From the NCBI GenBank assembly GCA_000708835.1, contig DF236966.1, forward strand, positions 248,001 through 312,000: a stretch of DNA of 64,000 nucleotides, in the 5' to 3' direction. This DNA comes from Klebsormidium nitens (lineage: Eukaryota > Plantae > Klebsormidiophyceae). Made by a program: the position numbers and the translations under genes. Position 1 is the stretch's first letter. Each line of letters opens with the position of its first letter. The notes under the pieces are model-generated. The model was not told the origin of the DNA. It ran no database searches and was given only the letters and a program-made list of their open reading frames with translations. Below, piece after piece: positions 23,595 through 37,259 of this stretch.

Positions 23595-24431
23595 AGGGGA
23601 ACTTGATTTGGATTGCGTGCGATCTTGCTGGGTATTACCTAAGCAAAAGCAGCCAGAGCTGCTATCAACTACGTGATCATGCCTGAAACATTTTAGGTAG
23701 GCTTTTTCAATGCAAGAATACATCGAGCACACCGTTTGAGCACAGGACCGCTGGTTCCTTTGGGTCTATCAATGGAATGTCCTGATATTCGCTACCGTCT
23801 GTAGGGCTCAATCTGAAGGAACGAATCTGTTTCACTCGGTCGTATGGGTTGTCGCCCATGAAGTTGCAGATTGCACACCTTTAACTGAAGGTCCGCCCAG
23901 GGTCTAGGGCCTGCATGGACCTGCGTTGGGGCCCTTGGCGGCTCAAGTGCAAATCATACTCGTGTTCGGCGTTTGAAAAGATGCTCAATGATGAGGTCTC
24001 CCGGGTTCACAAGGCTTTTAAGCATAAGCATGTGTTGTTGGTATGTTACTGATATTGACTGGAGCGTGCAATCCCATTCGATGTCGTTTCAATGGTGTTG
24101 CATGCAAAATGCTAAAAAGTGGGGGGCCAATATGCCGCAACACTTGAATATGCATGGCGGTTGAGAAATGGCCCATTGCAAAGCATCAACTTCGTTTATT
24201 ATTCATTGTAGCAACAGGGTTCGATTCCTGTGATTTTTCACATGGGCGCGCATGTAGCTCAAGCGTACATATCAGATCAATACTACAACTAGAATGTCCT
24301 CCCCCTTGGAAGTTTTGCGATGAAGGATTTAGTACGGGGTTAAGGATGTCCCGATTTCGCAGTGGGGAATTTGCTGGGGGTAGTAGGGGGGTTAGTAGCT
24401 CAAGTTTCGATCTTGGTCAATGCGGTCAACC

Positions 24432-26175
24432 GGTAAGGGTTTCGGCCAATAGGAGCACGAATAAAAATGCCTTAAGTACCGTTTAATTTGGCATGCCATT
24501 TTCTTGCTGTTCTGTGTGCGCCCTGACTGCGCGCGAGCGTACGCGTTATTGAAAAAGGCGAAGCCATCGTATTGGTGTCGTGCAAGGCCGCCGTACGACG
24601 TCTGAAAGTATATGGCGACCGTCTGCCTGGCACCTTCCCTTGCAAGTCCGCCCTTTCACCCTTATAAGTTTGGCGAATCTGTGCGCGAGGGGAATGTGGG
24701 GAACACGCAATTCCCGGAGGTGCACATAGGGCGTTTAAAAGTTGGTGTACGGCATCGGCAACCTTAACCATCCGATGGGACGCCTGATATATCGGCTTTG
24801 CAGCTGGCACTAGATTCTGGTACAGCGGGTTTCGGACCGTCTTGTCGTATTGGGCGCTCAAAGCAGGTCGGCCGCCTGTCGCAGGTCATGCGATTGGGAT
24901 TCGCACGTGTGTCAAAAAGTCGCAGGCCGTCGATCGGTTTCTTTTCAATTATCAGCGGGAACGGCAGTCCCCTGGGTAAGCTCCGGTTGAGTCAGTGTCA
25001 AGAATTGAGGTGGGTCTGTCCCACGTGGCTGGCGGCACAAAGCGCATCAAAGCCACCCGACCGTAAGATATTAATACTGTTTTAGACTTCTATATCGAAC
25101 GGCTGAGATCAATGTATGGCATGCCGAGTGCAGTACCGCGTGCTGCCAATCTAGTTGGAACATGTCATGTTAATGAAAATGGCCTCCCTAACCGGGAGGC
25201 ATTTTCGGGATTTATAGTCTGGGTTTATCTGTCTGAGTTGGTGTGGTATAGTGGTGGCATTTTCCCGGATTTTTTCCTACCATTCGTAACGCCAGTCTTN
25301 NNNNNNNNNNNNNNNNNNNNNNNNNNNNNNNNNNNNNNNNNNNNNNNNNNNNNNNNNNNNNNNNNNNNNNNNNNNNNNNNNNNNNNNNNNNNNNNNNNNN
25401 NNNNNNNNNNNNNNNNNNNNNNNNNNNNNNNNNNNNNNNNNNNNNNNNNNNNNNNNNNNNNNNNNNNNNNNNNNNNNNNNNNNNNNNNNNNNNNNNNNNN
25501 NNNNNNNNNNNNNNNNNNNNNNNNNNNNNNNNNNNNNNNNNNNNNNNNNNNNNNNNNNNNNNNNNNNNNNNNNNNNNNNNNNNNNNNNNNNNNNNNNNNN
25601 NNNNNNNNNNNNNNNNNNNNNNNNNNNNNNNNNNNNNNNNNNNNNNNNNNNNNNNNNNNNNNNNNNNNNNNNNNNNNNNNNNNNNNNNNNNNNNNNNNNN
25701 NNNNNNNNNNNNNNNNNNNNNNNNNNNNNNNNNNNNNNNNNNNNNNNNNNNNNNNNNNNNNNNNNNNNNNNNNNNNNNNNNNNNNNNNNNNNNNNNNNNN
25801 NNNNNNNNNNNNNNNNNNNNNNNNNNNNNNNNNNNNNNNNNNNNNNNNNNNNNNNNNNNNNNNNNNNNNNNNNNNNNNNNNNNNNNNNNCTTTCCTCCGG
25901 GTAGTCTGGGTTTATGTGTCTGAGTTGTGGCCTCGTGGGTGCGGCAGGGTTTGGGGGTTAGAGTGGTTCAGAGTAGGTTAGAGTGCGTTATAGTAGGTTT
26001 GAGGATACATGCATAGTAGGTATTAGGGTTTCCCCGGACAATCATTGTTGCCAGTGGACGGTTTGGATCAAGTGGAAGATGAAGCGACGGTGCGCGGTCT
26101 TCGAGGTCAATGCTCGATGGTGCCACGTTGGCAGGCGGTAAGGGTTTAGCCAATAGGATCACGAATAAAATAGCT
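24432..26175. repeat. Repeat-containing intergenic region around an N gap, possibly a transposon relic
   Basis: CGGTAAGGGTTT(C/A)GCCAATAGGA(G/T)CACGAATAAAA-like motif at ~24431 and ~26136; TAGTCTGGGTTTAT(C/G)TGTCTGAGTTG at ~25216 and ~25902. No transposase or RT ORF recognised. Confidence 0.45.
25300..25889. other. Assembly gap (590 N)
   Basis: Run of N. Confidence 1.
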
Positions 26176-26838
26176 TTACCGCGAAATTGACATGCCAATA
26201 CAGGGAGGCAATATTAGGAGGCAATTATCAAGTGCGTCAGCTAGGGTTTCGAGGCCAAATGGAGGTGATACCATACGTCCACCTGGCAGCGACTCCGAGC
26301 ATATTAGGTACAGACCGACGGGTAAATCTTTTTCCGTCAAACTTGCCATCGTGTTTCCATAGACCGTACGATCGGTAATGGGAAGGCATCCGACGGCAGA
26401 ACTTTGGTGATTGTGCCTCAAAATCGAATTAATCGATCGAATTAAAATTAATAAGTTTGACGCCGTCGCATTGAAAGAGCTTATGTACCCAGATCTACCG
26501 ATGGACGGCTGACGTTCACACTTGCTCGTGACGAGGGATCATCCAGGATCATCCTCGAACTTGTCAACCTCGAACCAATGTCATACAATGTCAAGGCGCT
26601 TCGTTTTCTCCCCGCTTTCACAACAAGTATTGCATTGTTTCTCTATCCTTACATAGGTAGCTTGTCTTGCAAAGCGTAAAAGCACCGGCTGGATGCTGAG
26701 CCTTCTTCAAAAAGAGTAGGGAGGGGTCGTCAGAACGTCTGCGTCTGCGACAGGTTTACTCTAGACTCTAGACCCCAGTTTCCAAAGTAATTGGGAGGCA
26801 AGTCCCATCCAAGCAGGCTCGAAGTGGCTGAACGCACA

Positions 26839-29696
26839 ATGGTGGTCATTGAGCTGCGCATGCAGAATCACAGCATCCCTTGGGAACATGTGCTCCCTGA
26901 TGTGGACCCCAGGAGCCTCACCGCTGGACGTGCAAAGGCCTTGCTGCAGCAAAAGCTGTGCATCTCTTCTAGGGGTATGGAGCTCCTGCTGGGGGGTTGG
27001 CAGCCGGTTCAGGAAGACCAACGCGTCCAAGATTGTTATGCAAGCTATTATCAAGCTGTCGAACTGGATAATGGGAGGGACCGCACCACATATAGTTCCT
27101 TCCCGCATGACTCTGCTGAGGTTGCGTTCGATGTGGACACAGGGCGCCTGTTCTATCATGCGCACAAAAGGCCTGCAGAAAAGAAGCTGAAGGATGAAGA
27201 GGAGCTTGCTGCCGTGTATGTCCTGGATAAGCTGGTGCTTCATGTGAAGGTAGGTTGAGATGTGCAGACCCTTCGAAAAGCACCAGTTGAGCATATTCTG
27301 ACAATGCTAGCAAGAGGTTTGAGCCAGCGGTCACATCATATTTTCAACCATTCATGTAGCCACTGTGCTTGTCACAGGACGCCAGGATAAGGTTTGATTT
27401 TATGCTGCATACGCCAAGAGTTTTGTACTGAACCAAGTCACCATCATTAAATGCGTCTGTACAAGAGCAAGCTCGATGAAGGCTTTTCTTGAGCATTCTG
27501 TCAGACTAAGCAGTCACATCATGCAGACTTGGCAGATATTTGAGGCATTTTGGAGCAGCAGACCTCGTTTATTTGGTGCTACAAACAGAAAAGTTGACTG
27601 TGGAAGGCCACTTTGGTGTTCTTGGTCTCTTTGAGAATAACAGGAATATTCTTCGTCATCTATTTGCAATTTCTGGAAGTGCTCAAAGATTCAGGTGAGA
27701 AAATGCATCAGAAGGCAACTACGTATTAGAGTGGATGCTGTGAACCTCAGACTAGAGCCTGCCCGATAGGACCTTCATTTTATCTCTCAAAAACCTTCTG
27801 ACTATTCGTGCATAGCTACTTTACGTCTTGATTGCAATGCCAGAATGTGAGATCTAGCTTTGTGACATCCAGATGCCACAACATTGTTAGATGGAGGCCT
27901 CAACTTTGCTCTCCTGTAAAAACTCTCCTGCTCAGGAGGCTGATGCCATCAGTGAAAGCAGGAACTCCGGTCTATACTACGTGCTTGTCAGAAAGTTTAT
28001 TGGTCAGACGTTGCTATGAGTTGAGCGAAGGTGTCTCAGTCTAGAAAGGGAAGCCTTTTTCAGACTGTGCTATTCATTTGGGAAGAGTCGCTATGGTCTC
28101 AATCTGCACAGACTGTTTACGTGGGGAAAGTGTACCTCAAAACATCTTGGTACAAGGGCAAAGCCTTGGGATGAGAGCTCTTAAGAAGCATGTTGACCCT
28201 CAATGTGACTAGTATAACACAACCCGGAAGGCAGAGGTGATAACTATGACATTGTGGCTCCAAGGGTAGCACAGAGCCTTCTACAAGTTTCATTAAACTG
28301 TTCAGGGGTGCAGTTGCGATTGCAAGTCATGACCTTATAGCATAGATTCATCACAAGATTCCCTGAAACTTTCGTATTCAAATCTCTCTCAAAACTTTGA
28401 GGCTACTTTGAGGATGCACTGAGTATCTGACTCTAAGTTCCCTCCTCTTGCAGACAACCCAGGCACGTCTCCCTTCTCAAAACCTGCCCTGGGGAAGAAC
28501 CAGAGGAACAGTTATCGCCTTCGTCCTCGGCCCCACTCGTGACGTCACGCGCGTTGTAACCTTGACTACAATCAACAAAAGCACGACCCTCGAGGCGCTC
28601 CAGTCGTTGATCTTTCAAGAGACGGGAATTGAGTCAAAAGAGCAGCATCTGCGGGTCATTGGTGGCACAAGTTACATCCTCGAAACTAAAGACTCTGATC
28701 GGAAGTACTGCTGGCAGCAGGGAATCAAGTCGGGCTCGTTTCTTACGGTCGAGAAGAGATGGGACGGACAAATCCAGATTTTTTGCAAGGGGCTCACCGG
28801 AAGGACGATCACTTTGAACTGTTACGGCAATGACTTGGTGGAGGACGTGAAGAGACAGATTGAACAACTGGAAGGCATCACGTCGTCAGCGCAGCGCCTC
28901 ATTCATGCGGGACAGCAGCTGCAGGATGGACTCACTCTGACAGACTGCAAAGTTCAACGGGAGGCCACTCTTCACCTTGTGCTGAGACTGGGGGGCGGCA
29001 TGTTCCACGCCTCGAGTAAGTCATCCTACCTAATCGAGGTCTTCGTTTGACGGTTGAGTCAGTGGTGCCAAGCAATCAGCAATCAGCACAATTCTTCGAT
29101 TTGCTTTGCATCTATCCAGCCCTGACTGTCGGCATCTGGCCGAGAGCTATGTCTTTTCATTGCAGCCATGGTATGGCCTAGAACAGGAGTGAACGGCGAG
29201 AGGGACGCCGCAAGTAACCGAGGAAACATGATATCGTTCTCGAAGAATCTACTGGAGCTCCGTGATTTCCGCCAGAGCTGAAAGAGCCGCTGTGGTTCTT
29301 GCCGGACGGTCGGTTTCTACCTCCTGCAGTGGGGTGCGTCGATTTGGACCAGCGGAAGATAAAGCTTTTTCAACACTTTCGATATTTATTCATACTCGTA
29401 AAAGCCATTCGCAAGATATGCTCTTGGAACCTATTGCAGGCGGCAGGATGGACTTCGAGCAGCTGCGCGCTCTGACGACGAACCTCAAGGTCAAGATGGT
29501 CCGCAAGGGTGTCTGCATCAACGAACGGACGGTCCGCATCGACGGCACAACGGAGGCCCGTCGGTTGAGCGAGGCGCTTGCGGGGCCGCACAGTGCCACG
29601 GACAAAGAGGTGCAAGAACTGGAGGCAAAGAAACGGGGCCTGGAGGAAGCGATCGCCGCGCTGAAACAGAACAGGGGGGCAACAGCAGCGGCATAA
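26839..29696 (+). CDS. Multi-ubiquitin-like-domain protein with C-terminal extension and coiled coil
   Basis: Exons ~26839-27249, 28454-29015, 29440-29696 in matching phases. The last UBL is clearly ubiquitin-like (IQIFCKGLTGRTITL...QRLIHAGQQLQDGLTLTDCKVQREATLHLVLRLGGG) and splices into MFHASSGRMDF. The two upstream units are divergent. The start codon is uncertain. Confidence 0.75.
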
Positions 29697-30826
29697 CCAG
29701 GAGTCGCCTTCTTGATTGTTTGCTTTTGACCCGGCCCCGTTCTTGCTTTTTCGCAAAACATGCTTGTTTGAACGAAGTTCAAGTTTCTCACAGAGGCAGT
29801 GATTCGATAAACTGACGTGCTTTAGGCCTGCATATCTAGTTGTAATTCAGGACATGCAGATCGGACACGTACATTAGCAGAGCTCTTGTGTTCGGTTTGC
29901 ATGGGGACCATGTCGTTGGCAGATGTAGCTGGCAGATTGGTGATCCCTTGAGAAGGAACCTAAGGCGAAGTAGCAGACTTCTTCAAGCAACCTACATAAA
30001 AAGAAAAGCCCCCAAAACCTTTATCAGGTCAAGATCAAGCTACACTGTCGGAAGGTTGCATCTATGTAGTATCTTGCCGCCAGAAGTCATAACCAAGGTT
30101 GTGTATCTTACGACCGGACTATAGGATAGCTAGCTTACTAAGCCTCGTTCATATAGATAGAGAGCCATTGAAACCATATATACTGGACACTTAGTAATAG
30201 ACCTTTGAAGTTCGCACTGAAAGATGCACCGCCGCACTGTACTCTCCACCGGTACGTGCCATACGGGAGCGTACTCGCTAAAGCGCAGCTCGAGTCTGTG
30301 TTTTGATGAGATCAGATAGATCGTATTACTCAGGGATAGATCGACGTACAAGCCATGAACGAACCGCGCGTTGTCCGATCTGGCACATGCATGCACCCCA
30401 TACGCGCGCCACAGAACATTACTACCACGGCCCCTACATACTGATATACGGAGAAAGAGACGATCTCAGTATATTCCAGATATACCTGTGTGACATCATG
30501 TGCAAGACTCTACATCAAGTTGTGTGCATAACATGGCGCTAAAGCTCGCTTGATAATTAGAGGTGGACTGCTCCGGATCGAATAAAACACGGTTCAGGAG
30601 TGTTCAATTGTAATTAGTCGAAACAACAATCCGTATGTACAGGATATCAACTCGGACTACATGCGTATTCTTGCACACGAGAACGATGGCACCAAATCCA
30701 ACGCTATGGAATGGCCTCTACCTGCGCTTCGACTAACTCTACAAAACTTACATGACAACTGTATGCCACTTGCCTCCAGATCCGCGTGCTCTGATTTGAA
30801 CGTAAAGGTATTGTCTATATCCTAAC

Positions 30827-33800
30827 TCACTTCACAAGTGCATGAATGTAATCCTCAACGTAGAACTTCTGAATGACGCCTTTCAGACCGAATGCTGACA
30901 CAGCCATGACCAGAGCCCCTAAGAGAGCATATGGACCGTAAGCTTGCGCCTTGACGACCCCGCCGCTTGCCAGCGCGGAAACTAACGCTACTATGCTTAC
31001 GGACCCAAAAGCGAGGCCCTTTTGCAGCGCTTCGAGACGACGCACGGCCTTGCTACAGGACGAGCAATGCTTTGTGTGCGACTCGTACCTGCAAAGCACG
31101 AGAGGGGCTTATTAGAGCGGCGCGGCGCTGAGAGCTTACAACACACAACCGTCGAGCATAAATGAATTCTGACGTTTCCCTACTGCAGCACCTTTTGCAT
31201 GCTTCAGACGGACTTTTACAACAAAAGATAGCACTACAGATACGATCCATCGTTTTCTGATACCGTCAGATAGTACTGATTATGAAGGCGCCCAAAGTGT
31301 AAATGATTGTGACACGGGCAGCGCCAATCACATATTTGGGCCAAGTTACGCAGCTAAGCGGTGCGTGTGATGGCAGGGTCTCGTATGATGGCAGGGTTTC
31401 GCAATTTCATAGCGCGTGGGGGGAACCAACCAAACCTCAAGCTGCGAACGACCTGGGACTGCGTGCAGGATCGTAACAGCAGAGGACTCACATTGTCGCC
31501 CTAAAGGACTGACGTTAATAAAGAACAAACCCCTTAGAACCCAGTGTTCGATGAAAGGTGACGTACCCACTGAAAGACTGTGTGGACAACGTCAGCAAGT
31601 GGGTCGGGTAATCACTAATTTGTCCATGACTCAAAGGTAACCTGGTCAGGGGTTATCACTAACCTGTCCATGAGTTCCATGCGGCCGGGCTGCGCGGCCG
31701 TGGGGGCGGGCTCGGGTTGCGGCCCAAAGTCGGGCTGGCCGCCCCCGTGCTTCGTGAGCCACCGCCGAAACGCCACGATGTACCGGTCTGATTCAAAAAA
31801 GACGCGTTTTCAGTTGTTGTCTTGAGCCGGGGGTAAAAGTAACACGTAATCAGCTTAAGGTGCTCTTGAATCTGATGTGCACGCTAAAAAGCTAAAGTCA
31901 ACTGAAAAGGGGCGGAAACATAACCGTGTAGGCTTCAAAATCTTCAAGATGTGTTGTGAGAAAGATGCGGTTAACAGAGGGTTTACACACGGAATGCGGC
32001 CTTTTCACCGTTTGACTTTGGGCTTTTCGCTTGCAGGCGCTCGAGACGTTGGCAAGTGGGAGAAAGCAGATTTGTACCAAATGCGGCTCTTGTGCTTGAT
32101 AACAAAGCCCGTCTATGAATCCCCATCGCATACTTTTCAGTGTTTCACAACTGGTCGAAGCAAGTCGCCGCTATTCAAACCAACATGGCCTCTGATTCAA
32201 GAGAGCAACCAAACGCCAACAGTTTCGCCGTGATCGCGCCTTTCAACGCCGACTTCGTTTCTGTTCTGGGAGCGTTAGGGAACGCCCAAGTATTATTCGT
32301 TTTCGAGAGCTATGTTTCCCGCGCTCACCGGCTGCAGTCGGCATGAAGTACGCCCGGCTCCAGTTGTCGGTCCCGCCACCCTCGCGCTGCAGCCGCTTCT
32401 CCTGCACCGCCCACGAGAGACACGTCAGTCTCTTCCTTCTAACAACGCGGCAATCGAAAGACTATTTGACAGCCACCAGCCGCTGGTAGATACTTGTGTC
32501 ACAGACAAGCCCGAATTACTGCACAGTGATATTGACATCACAACCCACGGGTGCCAGCCGCACGTCCCAGCAGCCGCAATCAAGTGGTAGCACGCCGCGA
32601 TGGCGCGAGTGAAGAGTTGAGTACCCACAAGCGCCGAGAGGGTCAGGCTCCGCATTCAAGAACACAAAGATTTCCAGACTTGCGTTCCGGTTGAAAAACA
32701 TCGAAGCCTAGAGGTCAAACAGTTGGATTGCCAGCTTGACTCCGATCGGAAACACTGCGGAAGGCGGAAACTCTCAGAAGAGGAAGCGTTGACCAGGAAG
32801 TCATCATTTGAACCATTTGACGACCTCGAATGATAGTTCTCGGAACTCTGGAAGGTAACAAGAATAAATCTCACCGCCAGGTGGAGGATCATGAGGTCCG
32901 AGTCGAGGATGGAGTGCTGCCGGATGTGGAGCAGCCAGCGCGGAATCAGCGCGAAGAGCCACGTGACGAAGTTTTGGGGGAAGGCGTAGAAGAGCCGCGA
33001 GCGCCCGGGGGAGACGGGCGTCAGCCAGAAACACAGCCGAATCTTCTTGCCGGAACCACCCTTGGCGGCATCCTGCGGACCAAGCAAAAGCGGGGCTATA
33101 GAAAATGGGTATAAAGCAGAAGCACAGACGATTTGTCTTGCCGGAACCACCCCTCGGCGGCATCCTGCGCATCCAAGCGAGACTGGGGCTCAGAACACGT
33201 TAGACTCCTTGAATTGGTAAGGGCCGAGTGAGCCGTGAGAATCATCAATCTGAACTGCTAACCTGGTTCAAACAGACAGGAAGCCGCGGTCAATCCGGTC
33301 GACAAGCGTTGAGACTTAAACGTTGATAATGCGCGACTGAAGCAGACTTGCCAGCTTTGGTCCAACGTGCCAGTGGCTGTTGAGAAGTGGAGAAACGGAA
33401 GCACTACCAGCTGGACGGCCAGTGGTTCATCGGGAGTGGGTGAGGTCCGCGTTCAATTGACAGTCGCTTTGGGACCGAGAGGCTTGTTTTGGGAAAGAGA
33501 CGAAGCAGAAGCAGAGCAGAAGCAAAACCGAGCGTCCAATCGCTTCGGCTCCTTTCAGAGCCTCAGTTCTAATCGAGTGACTAATCAAGGGCATGGAGAC
33601 GTTGGAAGGAAACGCTCGCGTCTTCTTCTTTGAACATTTTCATCCTAACAAACGGGAGCAGCACATCTGCACGAAGTTCGACAGAGAAGCATCATTATCC
33701 AGTACGATAGAGTACGATAGACAAGTTTCATACCTTCTCCTTGGGAGGAATGTTGATGTCCTGCGTAAAAAGCACCGGCGCGCTGAAGTCTGCCTTTCCT

Positions 33801-36661
33801 TGGGGGTGCTGCTCCGCCACGAACCCCCGTGGGTTCTCCCCCCGCAGCGTGATGCGCAGCGGCCCCGCGCGGCTGCGGTTGCTCATGATGCCGTGGTGCG
33901 CAAACGGCAGGTGGGACGGGTCCATCAGGTTCTCCACCAGAAAATCGTACCTGCGAGGGGTGGAACAAATTGCCGCCACGTTGGAGAAAGCTGACGTCAC
34001 GAAAGTACTGGCGTCTCATCGGTGTAATGCTGCAGAGGTGGTCGGGAAACGGGTGCATCGACTCCGACAGCTTCCTGATGGAAGCGAACATGCAGGGCGA
34101 CGCAGTCTTGATGACACTAGCTGTGCTCAGAATTATACGTACCGAGTTTCTCCACGAAAGCCTGACTACTATGTTGACGCTTTTGCTGATGAAACAGCTC
34201 CGCCTTCCAACAAAGTCGTACGCAAATTTACCAAACCAGATCACCGTCCTTTACTGCGGCTACTCATTTCCCCCCGGTGGATAAATCTAAGATCATGGTG
34301 CCATCAGCTGTGGCGACCAGCATCGGGAGGTTCAGAGCGTAGCATTACTACCGGTCACTCCTAGCTGCGCTGCAGCTCTATGTTTTTACGACCCAAGAAC
34401 CAACCTGCTCTTCTCGCGAGTCAAAGAGGGATGCTTACCAAAGGGAGAGACAGGCTTTCACAAACTCACCCGTAAGGGAAGTCTCGGGCGACCAGGTCCT
34501 TGCTAAACGACGGGTCGTCCATTTCCGGCACGTGCGGGGGGGGTCGTTTCAAGGCGGTGTCGGCGGTAGCTGGATCCAGCCACACCCACACAAGGCCGTT
34601 TTGAAGTAGAGTGGGGAAGGGCTGCGCACATGCCCGGGGGGACGAGTGGGCCTGCAGAGCATCGGGTTAGGGTCAGCAACGGCGGGTTAAGGTCGTTGTC
34701 GAACGAAAGCGGCTTCTCGAGCTGATCCGAAAGCAGTCACGTGCTTTTTCAGAGCAGTGTGGCTCTTCATTTCGGTGCATGATTTGAACCAGACTGAATC
34801 CCGGACTTACGGTCTAACTGCCGGAATGGCAAATACTCAACTCCTCAGCGTTTCTGGTCCGATGTTGTGGCACCCATCTGTGATAGAGCAGGTGGCAAAG
34901 ACTTCCGCTGCCAACCTCAACATCAGGGCAGGCGTGTCAGTAATGTTTTCCTACCCCTCCAGGACTCTGGATGACCGAAACCTTGACTAGCCAAAACCCT
35001 AAAGACCAAAATTCTTGGTCTTCTAAACATTCTTGGTAACAAAGCACACACGCGCTCACTGCAGCTTGCGGCCCCTCCTTCTCTGCCTGGGGGATGGACT
35101 GGCAGCGCGCGTCCCCGTCAAAGGACCACCCATGGTAGCTACACTGGAGCCGACCCGCCTCATCGATCCGACCTGAGGCACAGGAACATAATTATTTGAC
35201 AAGGCTTTCTCCATCCTAATTGTATGCTGCTGCACTGTCAGAAGTTTGCTGTGGGAATGTTGGTGGAAGGGAATGAAAGGTGTAGGGATGTCAGAGCTCG
35301 CTAGCAGGTGAGAAAGACAACGTTCCTGGCTGTACACCGTACTTCTGATGACCAAGGCGGACTGTATGTGATGTGGGTGCGGCAATTGCATTTGGCCGAT
35401 TCGGAGGGTATATTACAAGGTCCGAGGGCACAATGTCTTGAGTGGCCCAAAGCGTTAATCTTCCTCAGGGTGACTGCTCTCGTTGGCCTCCTTTTGGCAG
35501 GGCCAGAAAGGAAATTTTGCCCCAGAAAGCCAGAATCAAAATCCCTTTCCAGGGCCTTTTTAAACGGGCTCCTAGACAACTACAACCATTTTGTTCTGGA
35601 ATCGACTTTAGACCTAGGTGTTTTCCGAGGACGACAGAAGAGAATGTTCCTGCAACTGACGGTCTCCATATGCAGAAAAAGCTCTTACCACTTTGCTGCT
35701 GACTGCCCTCGAGACCATCACTCTTTACAACATCGGAGTTGGGGCAGAAGTGGGGGTGAAGGGGGGGGGGGGGAGGGGTCAAAAGCAGTGCGGCAACATA
35801 TAACTTAGTCCCATATGCATGGCACAAGGAATGCAATCAGGTAATTTAGAAGCATCCACTGACCACTACTGCAAACCCCATGCCTTTGAAGGTTCACCAT
35901 CGACCTTCACCAACCACAGGAGCAGTGCCTAAGATATGATATAGACCAAAAGTGAATCAGAAAAAGAACAACTCACCTTCGCTGAGTGGCGCCAGCCTGT
36001 GCGGGCACATATCCAAAAATGCGCGCCAGCCTCCCGGCTGCCCCTTTTCCCTTTTGTTCCGGTCCCACCATAGAACTAGAGGCTTCCCCAAAATCGTCAC
36101 TGCAAGGGGCAGCTCCTTCCGCACGTCCCGCTCCACTGCGATCGGGTACCAATTCTCCGCCCACTGGAAATCGTGTCCACCAGGTGCTGATTGGTTGGCA
36201 TCCTTCTGAGCTGGCTCGCTGCCCGGCAGGCTTTCCCCCTCTTCTTCTCTTGATAGGGTGATTGTTCCGTCCCCCTGCAAACCCCGCGCCTGCTCCTGGA
36301 ACGCTTCGACGCCGACGCTGCTGCTGCGGCATTGCTGGGTCTTTCTTGGAGATGTTTGGGACCATTTCAATTTGATTGCATCACCACTAGAAAGTTCTTT
36401 CTTGTTGTTAGGATCTTTACTTTCTCCTGAAAGTCTGCATGTGGAAACAGAAAAGCAGCTCCGACGATGCTGCTGAGAGTAGGATGATTGCCTGCTCAGA
36501 CTTTTGCTTATGCGCAGCCGATGGGAAGGTGGTGGGAAAGGGGTGATCACGCTGGATGGAAGCACACGGCAGTGTCTCTGCGTCGACCAGCCAGAAAACT
36601 TTCTGCAGGATCCGAGCGCCTGCACTTGAGCCATTGCTGCTTTAACGAATTCAGGAGCCAA
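30827..36661 (-). CDS. Chloroplast Rieske-type oxygenase of the pheophorbide a oxygenase family (PAO / ACD1-like-PTC52 / TIC55)
   Basis: Exons 36661-35977 (WYPIA...CPHRLAPLSEG), 35172-35060 (CSYHGW), 34651-34470, ~33950-33738 (ENLMDPSHLPFAHH), ~33075-32871, 32401-32329, 31787-31664 (DRYIVAFRRWL), 31088-30827 (HTKHCSSC plus two TMs). ENLMDP resembles ACD1-like/PTC52 more than PAO, but this is not decisive. Confidence 0.9.
33128..33178 (-). repeat. Intronic copy of the acceptor plus exon start of the PAO-family gene
   Basis: TCTTGCCGGAACCACCCCTCGGCGGCATCCTGCG versus the genuine TCTTGCCGGAACCACCCTTGGCGGCATCCTGCG at ~33046-33078. Confidence 0.85.
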
Positions 36662-37259
36662 CGAACAGGCTTGTTGGCAACAAAATCACTTGCGCCTCTA
36701 TCCTACTCCTTTCTCTTTGCTGTACATGTGCGGGCGAGGGGGAGGCAAGCTCACCTAGACAACAATACGTTTGTATGATGCTCAGCTACGCTAGCCTCTA
36801 GGCGCTAGCCATATGCATGCTGCCATGCTGGCGATTCGGATGTTCACGATCGAACGCGCGCGCATCCGCGATCAGCTTTTGAATCTGGGGGGTTCAGGGT
36901 TTCAACTTTATAACCGCATATGTACGTACGTGGTATACGTATTGAGATTCCTCGGACGCGGCCGCGGGTGCGGTCACGGTCGCGGCTGCCAGTCTCGTAC
37001 AGGCTGCGCGGTAGCAACAACTCAAGGAGGACACGAGCAAAGTGAACAAACACTTCCAAGTAGATTTCGAGGCAAGAGAAGCTAAGCTTGGCGCTTGCGC
37101 GCTTTCCTCTCAGCTGCTGTGGCCAGATTGTGTAGCAATATCTCTTACTGTTCTGAACCCGTTCTGAAGGGATCAACCATTGCTTCAAACAACACCGGGT
37201 CTGACACGTACGCTTGGCTCTCAACCTTCGCGGGAGCGACTTATGCGCAGGAGTCCACG

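Noticed and set aside
24214-24231. tRNA T-loop/B-box-like GGTTCGATTCC
   Set aside because: The T-stem is imperfect, and no acceptor stem, D-arm or upstream A-box could be built.
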